Positions 30,137 to 40,512 of a stretch of DNA of 64,000 nt are shown here, in pieces. The position numbers and the translations under genes are program-made. Where the stretch lies: IMG/VR virus record IMGVR_UViG_3300049043_000133, positions 1 through 64,000 of that record, one strand, 5' to 3'. Under the pieces are notes generated by a model. That model saw only the letters and a list, made by a program, of their open reading frames with translations. It was not told the DNA's origin and did not search any database. The stretch is from a virus. Position 1 is the stretch's first letter. Every line of letters starts with the position of its first letter.

Positions 30137-30837
30137 CAGTTTTAAATTTTAAAGATATTCGTGGAAACGAAATAAATCTATCTTTATCTGAAAATTATAA
30201 GAGCCACGCATTTGCCCAACATTCTTGTGTTGGTGCAATTGTTCAGCAGTTTGATCAAGACTTTTATTATTTTCTTAAGGAGCAAGATGATCTGAATGTA
30301 ATTGATCTTGGCGCAAATATTGGATTGTTTTCTCTATATGCATCTCCGATTGCAGAAAAAATTTATGCGGTGGAACCAACTCCTTCGCATTTTTCTCTTC
30401 TTAAAGAATTGGTTGAGTTGACAGGAAAGACTAATATTGATCCGCTAAATCTTGCTATTGGATTAGAAGATGGTGAAGCAGAGTTTTTCGTTCATGACGG
30501 AAATTCTACAATGAATTCTTTTGTTAAACACACCACCAATCCCCACAGTGAAACTAGTGTTCTAGTTCAAACCAAAACACTTAATAGTTTGATTAATTCT
30601 TTGGGTCTTGATAGGGTTGGGTTTGTAAAAATGGATATTGAGGGATTTGAAAATCAAGTAATTTTTGAACCTTCTTTTGAAGAAGCAGTAAGCAAGATTG
30701 ATGCAATGTACGTTGAAGTGCATGATTTTGAAGAAGCAGGTAAAATGCAATTAAACTTTAATCGAATAAAGGAACAATTTATTTCTTGGGGAAAAACTGT
30801 AGAAAAATTACAGTTTGATGGTATGTTTGTATATTGA
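30133..30837 (+). CDS. FkbM-family methyltransferase
   Basis: IDLGANIG, VEP, KMDIEGFE. Confidence 0.9.
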   Translation: MTVLNFKDIRGNEINLSLSENYKSHAFAQHSCVGAIVQQFDQDFYYFLKEQDDLNVIDLGANIGLFSLYASPIAEKIYAVEPTPSHFSLLKELVELTGKTNIDPLNLAIGLEDGEAEFFVHDGNSTMNSFVKHTTNPHSETSVLVQTKTLNSLINSLGLDRVGFVKMDIEGFENQVIFEPSFEEAVSKIDAMYVEVHDFEEAGKMQLNFNRIKEQFISWGKTVEKLQFDGMFVY

Positions 30838-30841
30838 TTAA

Positions 30842-31459
30842 ATGAAAAAACTTTATCGTAGACTTCTTGATATTTGTTATAAAAACAAATTACATCACCT
30901 TGGAAGTTATTTTTCATCACTTCAAGTTCTTGATAACATTTATAAAAATATGAATAAAGATGATATCTTTATTCTTTCTAATGGTCATGCTGTAGTGGCA
31001 CTATATGTAATATTGGAAAAATATTATGGATTAGATGCTCAAGAACTTCTTGATAAGTATGGAGAGCATCCAAAAAGAAATGAACTAGATAAGATTTTTT
31101 GTTCTACAGGAAGTCTTGGAATGGGAATTACTGTAGCAGTGGGTAGGGCATTGGCAAATCCTAAGAGAAATGTTTATTGTATGATCTCTGATGGTGAATG
31201 TGCTGAAGGATCCGTATGGGAAGCACTTAGATTTTCGAATGATTATGGAATAAAAAATTTGCAGATTTATGTAAATGCTAATGGGTGGGCAGCATATGAT
31301 CCTGTAAATCTAATTCTTTTGGAAGATCGAATTAGAGCATTCAATCCTTCAGTTAAATTTTGTAGAACATCAGTAGAGCACTTTGGACTAAAGGGTTTGG
31401 ATGCACACTACACTAACTTTACAGAAGAGCAATATCAGGAGGCAATTGAGTTATTATGA
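30842..31459 (+). CDS. Transketolase-like TPP-binding N-terminal subunit
   Basis: HLGS, LSNGH, TGSLGMG, SDGECAEG..WE. Confidence 0.9.
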   Translation: MKKLYRRLLDICYKNKLHHLGSYFSSLQVLDNIYKNMNKDDIFILSNGHAVVALYVILEKYYGLDAQELLDKYGEHPKRNELDKIFCSTGSLGMGITVAVGRALANPKRNVYCMISDGECAEGSVWEALRFSNDYGIKNLQIYVNANGWAAYDPVNLILLEDRIRAFNPSVKFCRTSVEHFGLKGLDAHYTNFTEEQYQEAIELL

Positions 31460-31926
31460 GACGTAGATTTCAAGAACTTCTTACTGAAGAAATGAAAACA
31501 AATGAAGACATTGTTCTTCTTGTTGGTGATGTTGGTTATAAAGTATTTGATCATTTGCGAGAGGAATTTCCAAGACGTGTAATTAATCCTGGAGCTGCTG
31601 AGCAACTAATGATTGGTATGGGTGTTGGTCTTGCTTTGGACGGAAAAATCCCTGTTTGTTATTCCATCACCCCGTTTGTTTTGTATCGCCCATTTGAGTT
31701 TATCAGAAACTATTTGCATCACGAGCAAATTCCTGTTAAACTGGTAGGAAGTGGTCGTGATGATGACTATGGACCTTGTGGGTTTTCTCACTATGCGTGT
31801 GAAGATACAAAGGTATTGGGGGCACTCCCAAATATTGAAGTATTCCGTCCTCAATCAGCAGATGAAGTTGATATTAAAAAATTCCTATATTCAGGTAAAC
31901 CATCATACATTAATTTAAAACGATGA
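31456..31926 (+). CDS. Transketolase-like pyrimidine-binding subunit, lacking the C-terminal domain
   Basis: GAAEQLMIG..GLA, RPFEFIR, G.SH...D. Confidence 0.85.
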   Translation: MRRRFQELLTEEMKTNEDIVLLVGDVGYKVFDHLREEFPRRVINPGAAEQLMIGMGVGLALDGKIPVCYSITPFVLYRPFEFIRNYLHHEQIPVKLVGSGRDDDYGPCGFSHYACEDTKVLGALPNIEVFRPQSADEVDIKKFLYSGKPSYINLKR

Positions 31927-32745
31927 AAATTTTATTCACTGGTAGTCGTGGTAATCTTGGTAAAGAACTTATTCCTCTTCTTGAGGAAGATCACTTAGTT
32001 CATTACTGTGATATTGATTATGCTAATTTTGATTGTGTAAATTCTTTCTTTCGCAATAGAGAGATTGATTTTATAATTCACGCGGCTATTCGTGGTGGTC
32101 GTAGAGTTCGTGCTGATATTGCAGATGATTTCTATAACAATATGATGATGTTTGAGTGCTTAGCATCTCAAAATGTTCCGATGATTAATTTGTGTAGTGG
32201 TGCTGCATATGGTCGTAAAGATGATATTATGTCTGCATCAGAAAAAGATTTTGGAAAAAGAATTCCTGATGACTATTATGGATTTTCAAAGTATTTGATT
32301 ACTCATAGGTCTCGCCAGTTAAATCACGTATATAACTTGAGATTTTTTAATATCTTTGGAAAACATTCTCCGAAAGATATGTTTACTACTGCTAATATTC
32401 TTAATTACATTCATAAGAGAGAAATTGTTATCTTTAAAGATAAGTTTATGGACTTTTTTGGTGTTCTTGATGCTAAAAAAGTAATAGACCTTTATCTTGA
32501 CGGCAAGAAAAATCTTCCCGCAAGAAGTCAATCTTGTTTATCCAGAAACTACTAAACTTTCTGAAGTTGCGGAAATGATTAATGATCTTTCCGATTATAA
32601 AGTTCCTATTGATGTTCTTGAATCTGGATTTGATAAAGCATACTGCGGAAATAGTCAATATCTTAATAGTCTTGGAATTGAGTTTGGTGGACTAAAAAAA
32701 TCACTTGAATATTGTTATAATAGTTTTGTAGATAATGTCAAATAA
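31923..32745 (+). CDS. NAD-dependent epimerase/reductase (frameshift ~32515)
   Basis: TGSRGNLG, SGAAYG, YGFSK. Confidence 0.85.
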
Positions 32746-33463
32746 AGTTTGCTTAATATATCAACCTTTGGGATTGGGCGATATATTTTGGGTTCAACAA
32801 ATTATCGATACTATTATCTCTGATGGATATGTCGTCTATTATCCAGTAGGAAGCGTTTATTATGATATTGTTTCCTCTTATATTTCTAAGAAAAATTTAA
32901 TTTGGGTAAAAGAAACTGATGAATTCCCATTGAAACAATATTATGGGCAAGTCAATTTTCACCAAACTGAAAATGAATTATATGTTCCTTTAAGTTATGC
33001 AGATAGGTATGTTCCCAATGCATCTGTAATGATTTCAAAGTATTATTTTCTTTCCATTCCCATTGGGGATTATCGTAAGCATTTTTCAATTAAAAGAAAT
33101 AATAAGAGAGAAAAAGAATTAATTCAAAAATATGAATTGGATGGAGATTATATCTTAGTAAATTCTTCTTTTGGTACTGAGCATCAGAAAAGAGATCTTG
33201 AAATTAAATCTGATTCAAAAATTCATTATATGGACATTCAGCAAGATCGTGAGAATGGATTTCATATCTTTGATTGGATTATGGCTCTTGAAAATGCAAA
33301 AGAAATTCATACCGTTGAAACTTCCTTATGTTATTTGATAGATAAGTATTGTGAAAGTAATGAATTACATATGTACGAAAAAAGGACTTCTTCGCAACCT
33401 AATACATATTATAACAATGTAAATTTGGTTTACCGCAATTCAAATTGGATTTATGAAAATTGA
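32735..33463 (+). CDS. Putative glycosyltransferase
   Basis: QPLGLGD and AKEIHTVETS GT-B-like motifs. Confidence 0.5.
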   Translation: MSNKVCLIYQPLGLGDIFWVQQIIDTIISDGYVVYYPVGSVYYDIVSSYISKKNLIWVKETDEFPLKQYYGQVNFHQTENELYVPLSYADRYVPNASVMISKYYFLSIPIGDYRKHFSIKRNNKREKELIQKYELDGDYILVNSSFGTEHQKRDLEIKSDSKIHYMDIQQDRENGFHIFDWIMALENAKEIHTVETSLCYLIDKYCESNELHMYEKRTSSQPNTYYNNVNLVYRNSNWIYEN

Positions 33464-33824
33464 AGTATCTGTTGGTGAGATAGTTGATAAGTTTACTATT
33501 TTAGAAATAAAAGAAGAGCACTGCCTTGATCCATCTAAAATAATAAACATACAAAAAGAATTAAACTACTTAAAAGATGTAGTTGATGAGTTAAAAATTC
33601 CTGAGAAATTGGTAGATAATCTTCGAGAAGTAAATAGAAAACTGTGGAAGATTGAAGATGATATTAGACTTTGTGAGAGCAAATGGAAATTTGATGATGA
33701 TTTTATTCAACTTGCAAGATCAGTTTATTATACAAATGATAAAAGATTTGAAATAAAAAATAAAATTAACTCTCTAGTTGAGAGTAATTTTAGAGAAGAA
33801 AAAATACTTCCAAAGTATACTTGA
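33453..33824 (+). CDS. DUF6165-like protein
   Basis: VSVGEIVDKFTILEIK...LWKIEDDIR...ARSVY..ND.R. Confidence 0.7.
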   Translation: MKIEVSVGEIVDKFTILEIKEEHCLDPSKIINIQKELNYLKDVVDELKIPEKLVDNLREVNRKLWKIEDDIRLCESKWKFDDDFIQLARSVYYTNDKRFEIKNKINSLVESNFREEKILPKYT

Positions 33825-33825
33825 T

Positions 33826-35381
33826 ATGAAAGTAGTTATCCCAATGTCAGGAATGAGCAGTAGATTTTCTTCTGCTGGGTATAAAATTCCAAAATACTTA
33901 ATTGAAGTTGATGGTAGACCTGTTATTGAACATATTGTAAATTTGTATCCTAAAGATACGAAGTTTGCTTTTATCCTTAACGAAGAGCATCATAAAAATA
34001 CAAATATTGTTGAGGTATTACAGTCAATTACAAAGACACCTTTGATCGTTGTTATTCCCCAGCATAAAAAAGGACCAGTGTATAGTGTTTCTGAAGAAAA
34101 CTGGTTGATTGATGATGAGGAACAAGTCATTGTCAATTATTGTGATTTTTCAATGTATTGGGATTATAATCATTTTGAACAATTTGTAAATGAAACGGAT
34201 TGTGATGGATGCGTGGTTTGTTATACTGGATTTCATCCACATATGTTGGGAAGTGATAACTATGCTTTCTGTAAAGTTGATGAAGATAATAAAATTTTAG
34301 ATATTAGAGAGAAGCAACCATTTACAGATAACAAGATGTCTGAGTTTGCTTCTACTGGAACATATTATTTTAAGAAAGGAAAGTACATTAAAAAGTATTT
34401 CAAGCAATTGATGGATGAAGATTTAAACATCAATGGTGAGTATTATGTAAGCCTTGTATATAATCTTTTGATTAGAGATGATCTAGACAATCTTGTTTAT
34501 GAAGTTCCGCATATGCTTCAATGGGGAACTCCATTTGATCTTGATATCTACAATAGTTGGTCTGACTATTATCGTAAGGCACTGGAAGGGCAGAAGCAAG
34601 TTAAATTGGAAAACTGCACTCTTGCACTTCCAATGGCAGGCGCCGGTAGTCGTTTTTCAAAAGAAGGATATGACTGCACCCAAACCATTTCATTCAGGTT
34701 AATGGTAAGAATATGGTAGAGCAAGCAGTTCGTTGCTTACCAGAAACTGACGAAGTAATTTATGCCTGTTTAAAAGGACACCAATCTCCTGGTCAAAATA
34801 CTGTATGGATTGATGATGTTCTTGAAGGGCAGGCTTGCACTACAGAAAGAATTGTAAATGTAATTGATCCCGATAATTCTATTCTTGTATCTGCTTGTGA
34901 TAATGGTGTGTTTTATGATGCAGATAAGTTTTTAGATTTGGTGAATGATGAAGAAAATGATATAATTGTATGGACTTATAGGAATAATCATACAAGTCAC
35001 TTACAACCAAATGCATATTCTTGGGTAAACTGTGATAGTGATGGCAATGTAAGTCGTGTTGATGTTAAAAACTTTACGGGAACAGATCCCGTAAAAGAAT
35101 TTGCAATTGTTGGAACAATGTTCTTCCGATCGAGAGAAGTGTTTTTTGCATCATTAAAATCACTATATGATAATGATGTTAGAACCAATGGAGAATTTTA
35201 TGTTGATAGTATGCTTAATGAAGCAATATCTCTTAAATATAAAGTAAAGAATTTTGAAATCGACAATTATATTTGTTGGGGAACCCCTAACGATTTAAAA
35301 ACATATCAATATTGGCAAAGATTTTTTGATAAAGTTGATTGGCATCCTTATGAATATACAAAAGACTATTTTACCAATTGA
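33826..35381 (+). CDS. Tandem two-domain sugar nucleotidyltransferase (frameshift ~34680-34710)
   Basis: Two PM(S/A)G..SRF...GY..PK and NGE(Y/F)YV...WGTP domains. Confidence 0.85.
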
Positions 35382-36453
35382 GTACTGGAACTCTGGAAGA
35401 ACAAGACTATTAAAGGAAAAAGACGAGAATGGTAGAGATATAGAAGTTGCTTATTTCTTTACTTGCCAGTTTACGGGACTTTCAAAACATTATCCCCAAC
35501 CATTAATATTCTCTTATCAGACGCAAAGATTAACTCTTCCTACTAAAGAGATGTTTATGTCTTTGGGTAGAGGAACAGTCTATGAAGAGACGATGGAATA
35601 TGAAGTAGAACTTCCTTTTCATTTTAAAAACTTCTGTTCCATTCCAGTATTTTACTTCGTGTATAATATGGCAAACTATTATCACTTCATCTATGATACC
35701 TTGCCATACTTGTATTCATACTTTAATGAAAAGGAAATACACCCAGACCTTAAACTTCTTGTAAGTCCCCCAGAGGGAAAGGAAGATCTTTATCCATTTG
35801 TATGGGAGTGTTTAGAACTTCTTGGTATTCGTAAAAAGGACGTTGTATTTTTAAACCCAGAAACTCTTTATAATACTGTTGTAGTTGGGTCTTCCTTGAC
35901 CCACAATGGTCTTTCAAATACACCTCCACATTCTGGTGTATTTGATATTATCAATCGTATGAAGGGTGAATATCAAGGACCAGAAAAGATTTATATCTCT
36001 CGTCGCACCTGGTTACATAATAACTTTGATAATATTGGAACAAATTATACTGAACGTCGTCGTTGTGTAAATGAAGATGAAGTAGCAGAACTTTTTAAGT
36101 CATATGGATATGAAGAAGTCTTCTGTGAAAATATGACGATGAAAGAGAAGATTGGTCTCTTTAACTCTGCCAAATATGTTGCTGGACCTATCGGTGGTGG
36201 GATGTGTAATGTAATCTTCTCTCCACCAGAGACAAAGGTTATTTCTATCAATAGTCCTTTGTTCTTTGATATCAATACACGTTTTGAATATTCAATGATG
36301 CATACACAACTACATCATTTTAATGACACTGAATTTGTGGAAAAGGTTGATGAAAGTGTAGAAAGTGAAGGTTCTCTTTCTATTTCTGGTGGTCTAAACT
36401 CCCCTTGGAAGGTTGATCTAAATACCCTAGAAACTTTTATTAAAGATGTCTGA
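35350..36453 (+). CDS. GT61 (DUF563) glycosyltransferase
   Basis: NYYHFIYD, KIYISR, R..NE.E, G..GGGM.N. Confidence 0.8.
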   Translation: MNIQKTILPIEYWNSGRTRLLKEKDENGRDIEVAYFFTCQFTGLSKHYPQPLIFSYQTQRLTLPTKEMFMSLGRGTVYEETMEYEVELPFHFKNFCSIPVFYFVYNMANYYHFIYDTLPYLYSYFNEKEIHPDLKLLVSPPEGKEDLYPFVWECLELLGIRKKDVVFLNPETLYNTVVVGSSLTHNGLSNTPPHSGVFDIINRMKGEYQGPEKIYISRRTWLHNNFDNIGTNYTERRRCVNEDEVAELFKSYGYEEVFCENMTMKEKIGLFNSAKYVAGPIGGGMCNVIFSPPETKVISINSPLFFDINTRFEYSMMHTQLHHFNDTEFVEKVDESVESEGSLSISGGLNSPWKVDLNTLETFIKDV

Positions 36454-37111
36454 AATACTAGAACTGGCAAGAGAAATTAGTGACTACACCATCTGTGGTG
36501 AAGGAAACGTTTCTATGCGTAAAAGTGAAAATACTTTTGTAATTAAGGCAAGCGGAACAAGTCTTCATACATTGTCCGATGAAGATATGACTTTATGCAA
36601 TGTTCGTGGAGTTCAAATAGAACTTTTACAAAAAAAACCAAGCATTGAAACTTCTTTTCATGCTTGGATTATGAGAACCTTTCCAGATATAAATTTTATT
36701 GCTCACACTCATCCGCCAAATACTACAAAGATTTTATGTTCTAATCAATTATATCAATTTGCTAACCGCAGATGGTTCCCTGATCAAATAGTTAGAAATG
36801 GTACAAAATCTTGTGTAGTACCTTATGCTCCACCAGGAGAAGCAATTTTAAAATTAGTTGAAGAATATGTTTCGCGGTTTGTAAATCGTGAAGGATATTT
36901 TCCTAAATTGATACTTCTTCAAAATCATGGTATAATCACAGCATCTGCATCTAAAAAAGATTGTGCAGCTTCTACCTTAATGTGTGAAAAGTCTGCCGAT
37001 ATCTTTATTGGAGCAAGACTTTTAGGAGGAGTTAAATTCTTAACAAAACAAGAAGTTGCTGATGTTGATACTTGCCCAAATGAAAATTACAGGAGAAATA
37101 TGTATCAATGA
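36446..37111 (+). CDS. Class II aldolase/adducin-family protein
   Basis: GNVS, PSIET.FH, HTH, LQNHG. Confidence 0.85.
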   Translation: MSEILELAREISDYTICGEGNVSMRKSENTFVIKASGTSLHTLSDEDMTLCNVRGVQIELLQKKPSIETSFHAWIMRTFPDINFIAHTHPPNTTKILCSNQLYQFANRRWFPDQIVRNGTKSCVVPYAPPGEAILKLVEEYVSRFVNREGYFPKLILLQNHGIITASASKKDCAASTLMCEKSADIFIGARLLGGVKFLTKQEVADVDTCPNENYRRNMYQ

Positions 37112-37419
37112 AAGTCATTTATGTTGATATTGATGAAACTATTTGTCATCGTGAAACTTCTGTTGACTTTGGGACAACACATGATTATACCAAAGCAAAA
37201 CCAATAAAGGAAAACATAGAAAAAATCAATAAACTTTATGATGAGGGGCATACAATAGTTTATTGGACTGCTCGTGGTTCTAGAAAACAAATTGATTGGA
37301 CTGAACTTACTGCAAAACAACTTGCAGAGTGGGGGGCAAAATATCATGAGTTGAGAGCAGACAAACCATTTTATGACTTGTTTATTGAAGATAAAGCATT
37401 GAGGATTGAAGAACTGTGA
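37108..37419 (+). CDS. Minimal HAD phosphatase
   Basis: DIDETI, WTAR, KP..D.FIEDK. Confidence 0.85.
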   Translation: MKVIYVDIDETICHRETSVDFGTTHDYTKAKPIKENIEKINKLYDEGHTIVYWTARGSRKQIDWTELTAKQLAEWGAKYHELRADKPFYDLFIEDKALRIEEL

Positions 37420-37856
37420 TTATTATTTCGCATCGTGGTAATATAAAAGGGCCAGTTCCAGATAAAGAAAATCGCCCAAGTTATATTGATTGTGCAATTG
37501 GAAATGGATATCATGTAGAAATCGATGTTCGTTCTATTGATGGTGAATTGTGGTTAGGTCATGATGAACCACAATATAAAGTTGATCATAACTGGTTAGA
37601 TAAGCGTAGACAATATCTTTGGTTGCATTGTAAAAATCTTGAAGCAGCAAAAGAATGTTGGGCATATCATTCTTTTTGTCACACATCTGATCCATTTACT
37701 TATACTTCAACTGGTCAAATATGGTTGCATGATTTGTCTATGAGAATTGGTAGTAATTCAATTATTCCTTTAATTGATAAGGACGAAGTTGAAGCATTTG
37801 TGTCAGTTGGTGAAAACCCTTTTGGCATCTGCACAGATTATCCACATTTATTTTAA
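37416..37856 (+). CDS. Minimal GDPD/PLC-like phosphodiesterase
   Basis: ISHRGN, EN, VEIDV, LGHD, HCKN, GICTD. Confidence 0.8.
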   Translation: MIIISHRGNIKGPVPDKENRPSYIDCAIGNGYHVEIDVRSIDGELWLGHDEPQYKVDHNWLDKRRQYLWLHCKNLEAAKECWAYHSFCHTSDPFTYTSTGQIWLHDLSMRIGSNSIIPLIDKDEVEAFVSVGENPFGICTDYPHLF

Positions 37857-37865
37857 AGTATTGAT

Positions 37866-38612
37866 ATGACACGTATTGCTCTTTGTTATTCGGGTAGACC
37901 TAGAAGTATTTTAGAGTGCTTTGACAATCATAAAGAACATTTTAGATTGGGACAAGATAACGTTGATGTCTTTGCCCATCTTTGGTTTGATGATGATTTG
38001 GTAGGATCGCAATTTAGATCTGATGTTGGACAGGGAACTTGGCCAGATTCTTCTGTTAAAGAATGGATAGAAGAAAACTGGAAACCTAAAAAAATAGTAT
38101 ATGAAAAACCGAAATCTTTTGAATCTTTGTTTGAGCAAAGTTGGAATCCGCAGTGGCCGTTCGCACATCCAAAAGACAATCAAATTTCCATGTTTTATGG
38201 AATTGAAAAGGTAATGAATCTTAAAAAAGAATACGAACAAGAAAATGGTTTTAAATACGACTATGTTGTACGTATGAGAACCGACCTAACATTCTTACAA
38301 TCACCTGGCGAATTTGAAACTTATAATCAGGATAATCTTCATGTCTTTAATGTTATTCCCGGTATAGATTGGATCGAAACTAAAGTTAAAGACTTTGCAA
38401 TTCTTGATATTGTTGCTTGGGGAGGATCTGAAGTTATGGATAAGTATGGATTCGCATATTCTAATTTGGAAACAATTATCAATTCTGGATGTCCAACCTT
38501 TACACCAGATGCAATTTTGGGGTATAATGCTGTTAAAGTAAACAATTTAAACGTTCAGAAACATCCTTGGAAGTTTAAAATTTTTGTGGGAAATTCGATT
38601 TATCAAAATTAA
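37866..38612 (+). CDS. Putative GT-A glycosyltransferase
   Basis: IALCYSG.PR, SMFY, YDYVVRMRTD. Confidence 0.6.
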   Translation: MTRIALCYSGRPRSILECFDNHKEHFRLGQDNVDVFAHLWFDDDLVGSQFRSDVGQGTWPDSSVKEWIEENWKPKKIVYEKPKSFESLFEQSWNPQWPFAHPKDNQISMFYGIEKVMNLKKEYEQENGFKYDYVVRMRTDLTFLQSPGEFETYNQDNLHVFNVIPGIDWIETKVKDFAILDIVAWGGSEVMDKYGFAYSNLETIINSGCPTFTPDAILGYNAVKVNNLNVQKHPWKFKIFVGNSIYQN

Positions 38613-38614
38613 TT

Positions 38615-39358
38615 ATGAACAGAATAACTGATTACACAAATTTAAAAAATAGAATAGTATCTTGGTTGGGTGATTATGTTGTAGAAAATCCGTCAATCAA
38701 ATCCTTTGTGGTTGGAGTATCAGGTGGAATTGATTCTGCAGTAGTTTCTACTCTTGCAGCATCAACTGGGTTACCAACCTATGTATTGGGAATGCCCATA
38801 CATCAAAATTCAGAACAAGAGGATTTATCTGATTCGCATTTAGAGTGGTTGCAAACCAACTTTGATAACGTAATCGTACAAAAATATAATTTGACTGATG
38901 TATTTGAAACATTCAAATGCACTATGAAAGAATTTGGATCTGATAATCACGCTCTTGCTAATAGTCGTTCCCGTCTCAGAATGGTAACTCTTTATCAAGT
39001 TGCTGGTTCTGTTGGTGGATTGGTCGTGGGAACTGGTAATAAAGTAGAAGATTATGGTGTAGGATTTTATACTAAATATGGTGACGGTGGGGTTGATATT
39101 GCCCCCATTGCAGATCTCTACAAGACTGAAGTGTGGGAACTTGGAAAATTCTTGGGTATTGATTCAAGAATTGTCAATGCTAAACCAACCGATGGTCTTT
39201 GGGATGATGGAAGAACCGATGAAGATCAACTCGGTGCTTCATATACTGAACTTGAAGAAGCTATGGAAACGGGATCTGGTCCAGGTCTTGACTCTCTGAT
39301 TAAGTTTAGTAAAATGAATCAGCATAAAATGAACCCCATTCCTACATTCAAACTATGA
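38615..39358 (+). CDS. nadE: NH3-dependent NAD+ synthetase
   Basis: SGGIDS, RLRM, TGNKVE, FYTKYGDG..D..PIADLYK, PTDGL..DEDQLG. Confidence 0.92.
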   Translation: MNRITDYTNLKNRIVSWLGDYVVENPSIKSFVVGVSGGIDSAVVSTLAASTGLPTYVLGMPIHQNSEQEDLSDSHLEWLQTNFDNVIVQKYNLTDVFETFKCTMKEFGSDNHALANSRSRLRMVTLYQVAGSVGGLVVGTGNKVEDYGVGFYTKYGDGGVDIAPIADLYKTEVWELGKFLGIDSRIVNAKPTDGLWDDGRTDEDQLGASYTELEEAMETGSGPGLDSLIKFSKMNQHKMNPIPTFKL

Positions 39359-40512
39359 AAATTGGCGTAATCGGTGCTGGAAGACTTGGTATTTGTTTCG
39401 CTCTTCTTTGCGAAGCAGCAGGATACAATGTTCTTGTTTCGGACATTAGAGAAGACTATGTAAATCAGTTGAATCAAGGAAAAATTGATACAAATGAACC
39501 TGAAGTAGATACGTTATTACGTGCAGCAACTAATTTTAGGGCAACAACTAATAATAAAGAAGTTATTGAAGAGTGTGATTTAATTTATACTTTGGTTTCT
39601 ACACCATCTCTTCCTGATGGATCTTATGATGTTTCTTCTGTTTGGGATGTTGTAAAGGATTTTTCTAATATTACTAGTAAAAAATATTTTGTTGTTGGGT
39701 GCACAGTTAATCCTGGTGATTGTGAAGAGTTTAAAAAACAACTACCAAAGAACGTAAAGGTATTTTATAACCCAGAATTTATTGCTCAGGGCACTATCAT
39801 CAACGACTTACGTAATGCTGATATGGTTTTACTTGGATATGATAATGAAATTGGAAGTGATAATCCTATCATTTCTGATATTCGTAAGTTATATACAAAA
39901 ATTCAGACTAGCAGAGCAATAGTTTGTACAATGTCAACCACTGCTGCAGAAATTACAAAAATTGCAATCAACTGCTTTTTGACTACTAAAATTAGTTATG
40001 CCAATATGTTGGGCGATGTTTTATCGATGGCAGGATGTGGAGATGAGATAGTTGGTGTTCTTGGTGCAATTGGAGCAGATACGCGAATTGGTAGAAAATA
40101 TTTGAATTATGGTCTAGGATATGGTGGTCCCTGTTTACCTAGAGATAATAGGGCTTTTGCTGCGTTTGCTAAAAAACTTGGGATGATTTATAATCTTGGA
40201 TTTGTTGTAGACGGAATCAATAATGAACATGCAGAATTTGTTTGTAATTTTTATGAGAATCTGAATAGTAAAAATATACCATTTTATTTTGATTATGTTA
40301 CTTATAAGAAAGGAACTGATATTTTAACAGAGAGCCAGCAGTATCGTCTTTGCACAGATTTGCTTGATCGCGGACATACTGTTTATATTCATAATGATAA
40401 GAGAGTGATTGATCAAATCTACGATACTCTCGTTACAAAATATGATTCTAGAGTTAGATTTGTTGATAATAAAGAAAATATAACTGAACCAATTTTTGTG
40501 GTAAATTTATGA
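39355..40512 (+). CDS. UDP-glucose/GDP-mannose 6-dehydrogenase
   Basis: GAGRLG, YNPEFIAQG, KISYAN, GYGGPCLPRD. Confidence 0.9.
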   Translation: MKIGVIGAGRLGICFALLCEAAGYNVLVSDIREDYVNQLNQGKIDTNEPEVDTLLRAATNFRATTNNKEVIEECDLIYTLVSTPSLPDGSYDVSSVWDVVKDFSNITSKKYFVVGCTVNPGDCEEFKKQLPKNVKVFYNPEFIAQGTIINDLRNADMVLLGYDNEIGSDNPIISDIRKLYTKIQTSRAIVCTMSTTAAEITKIAINCFLTTKISYANMLGDVLSMAGCGDEIVGVLGAIGADTRIGRKYLNYGLGYGGPCLPRDNRAFAAFAKKLGMIYNLGFVVDGINNEHAEFVCNFYENLNSKNIPFYFDYVTYKKGTDILTESQQYRLCTDLLDRGHTVYIHNDKRVIDQIYDTLVTKYDSRVRFVDNKENITEPIFVVNL

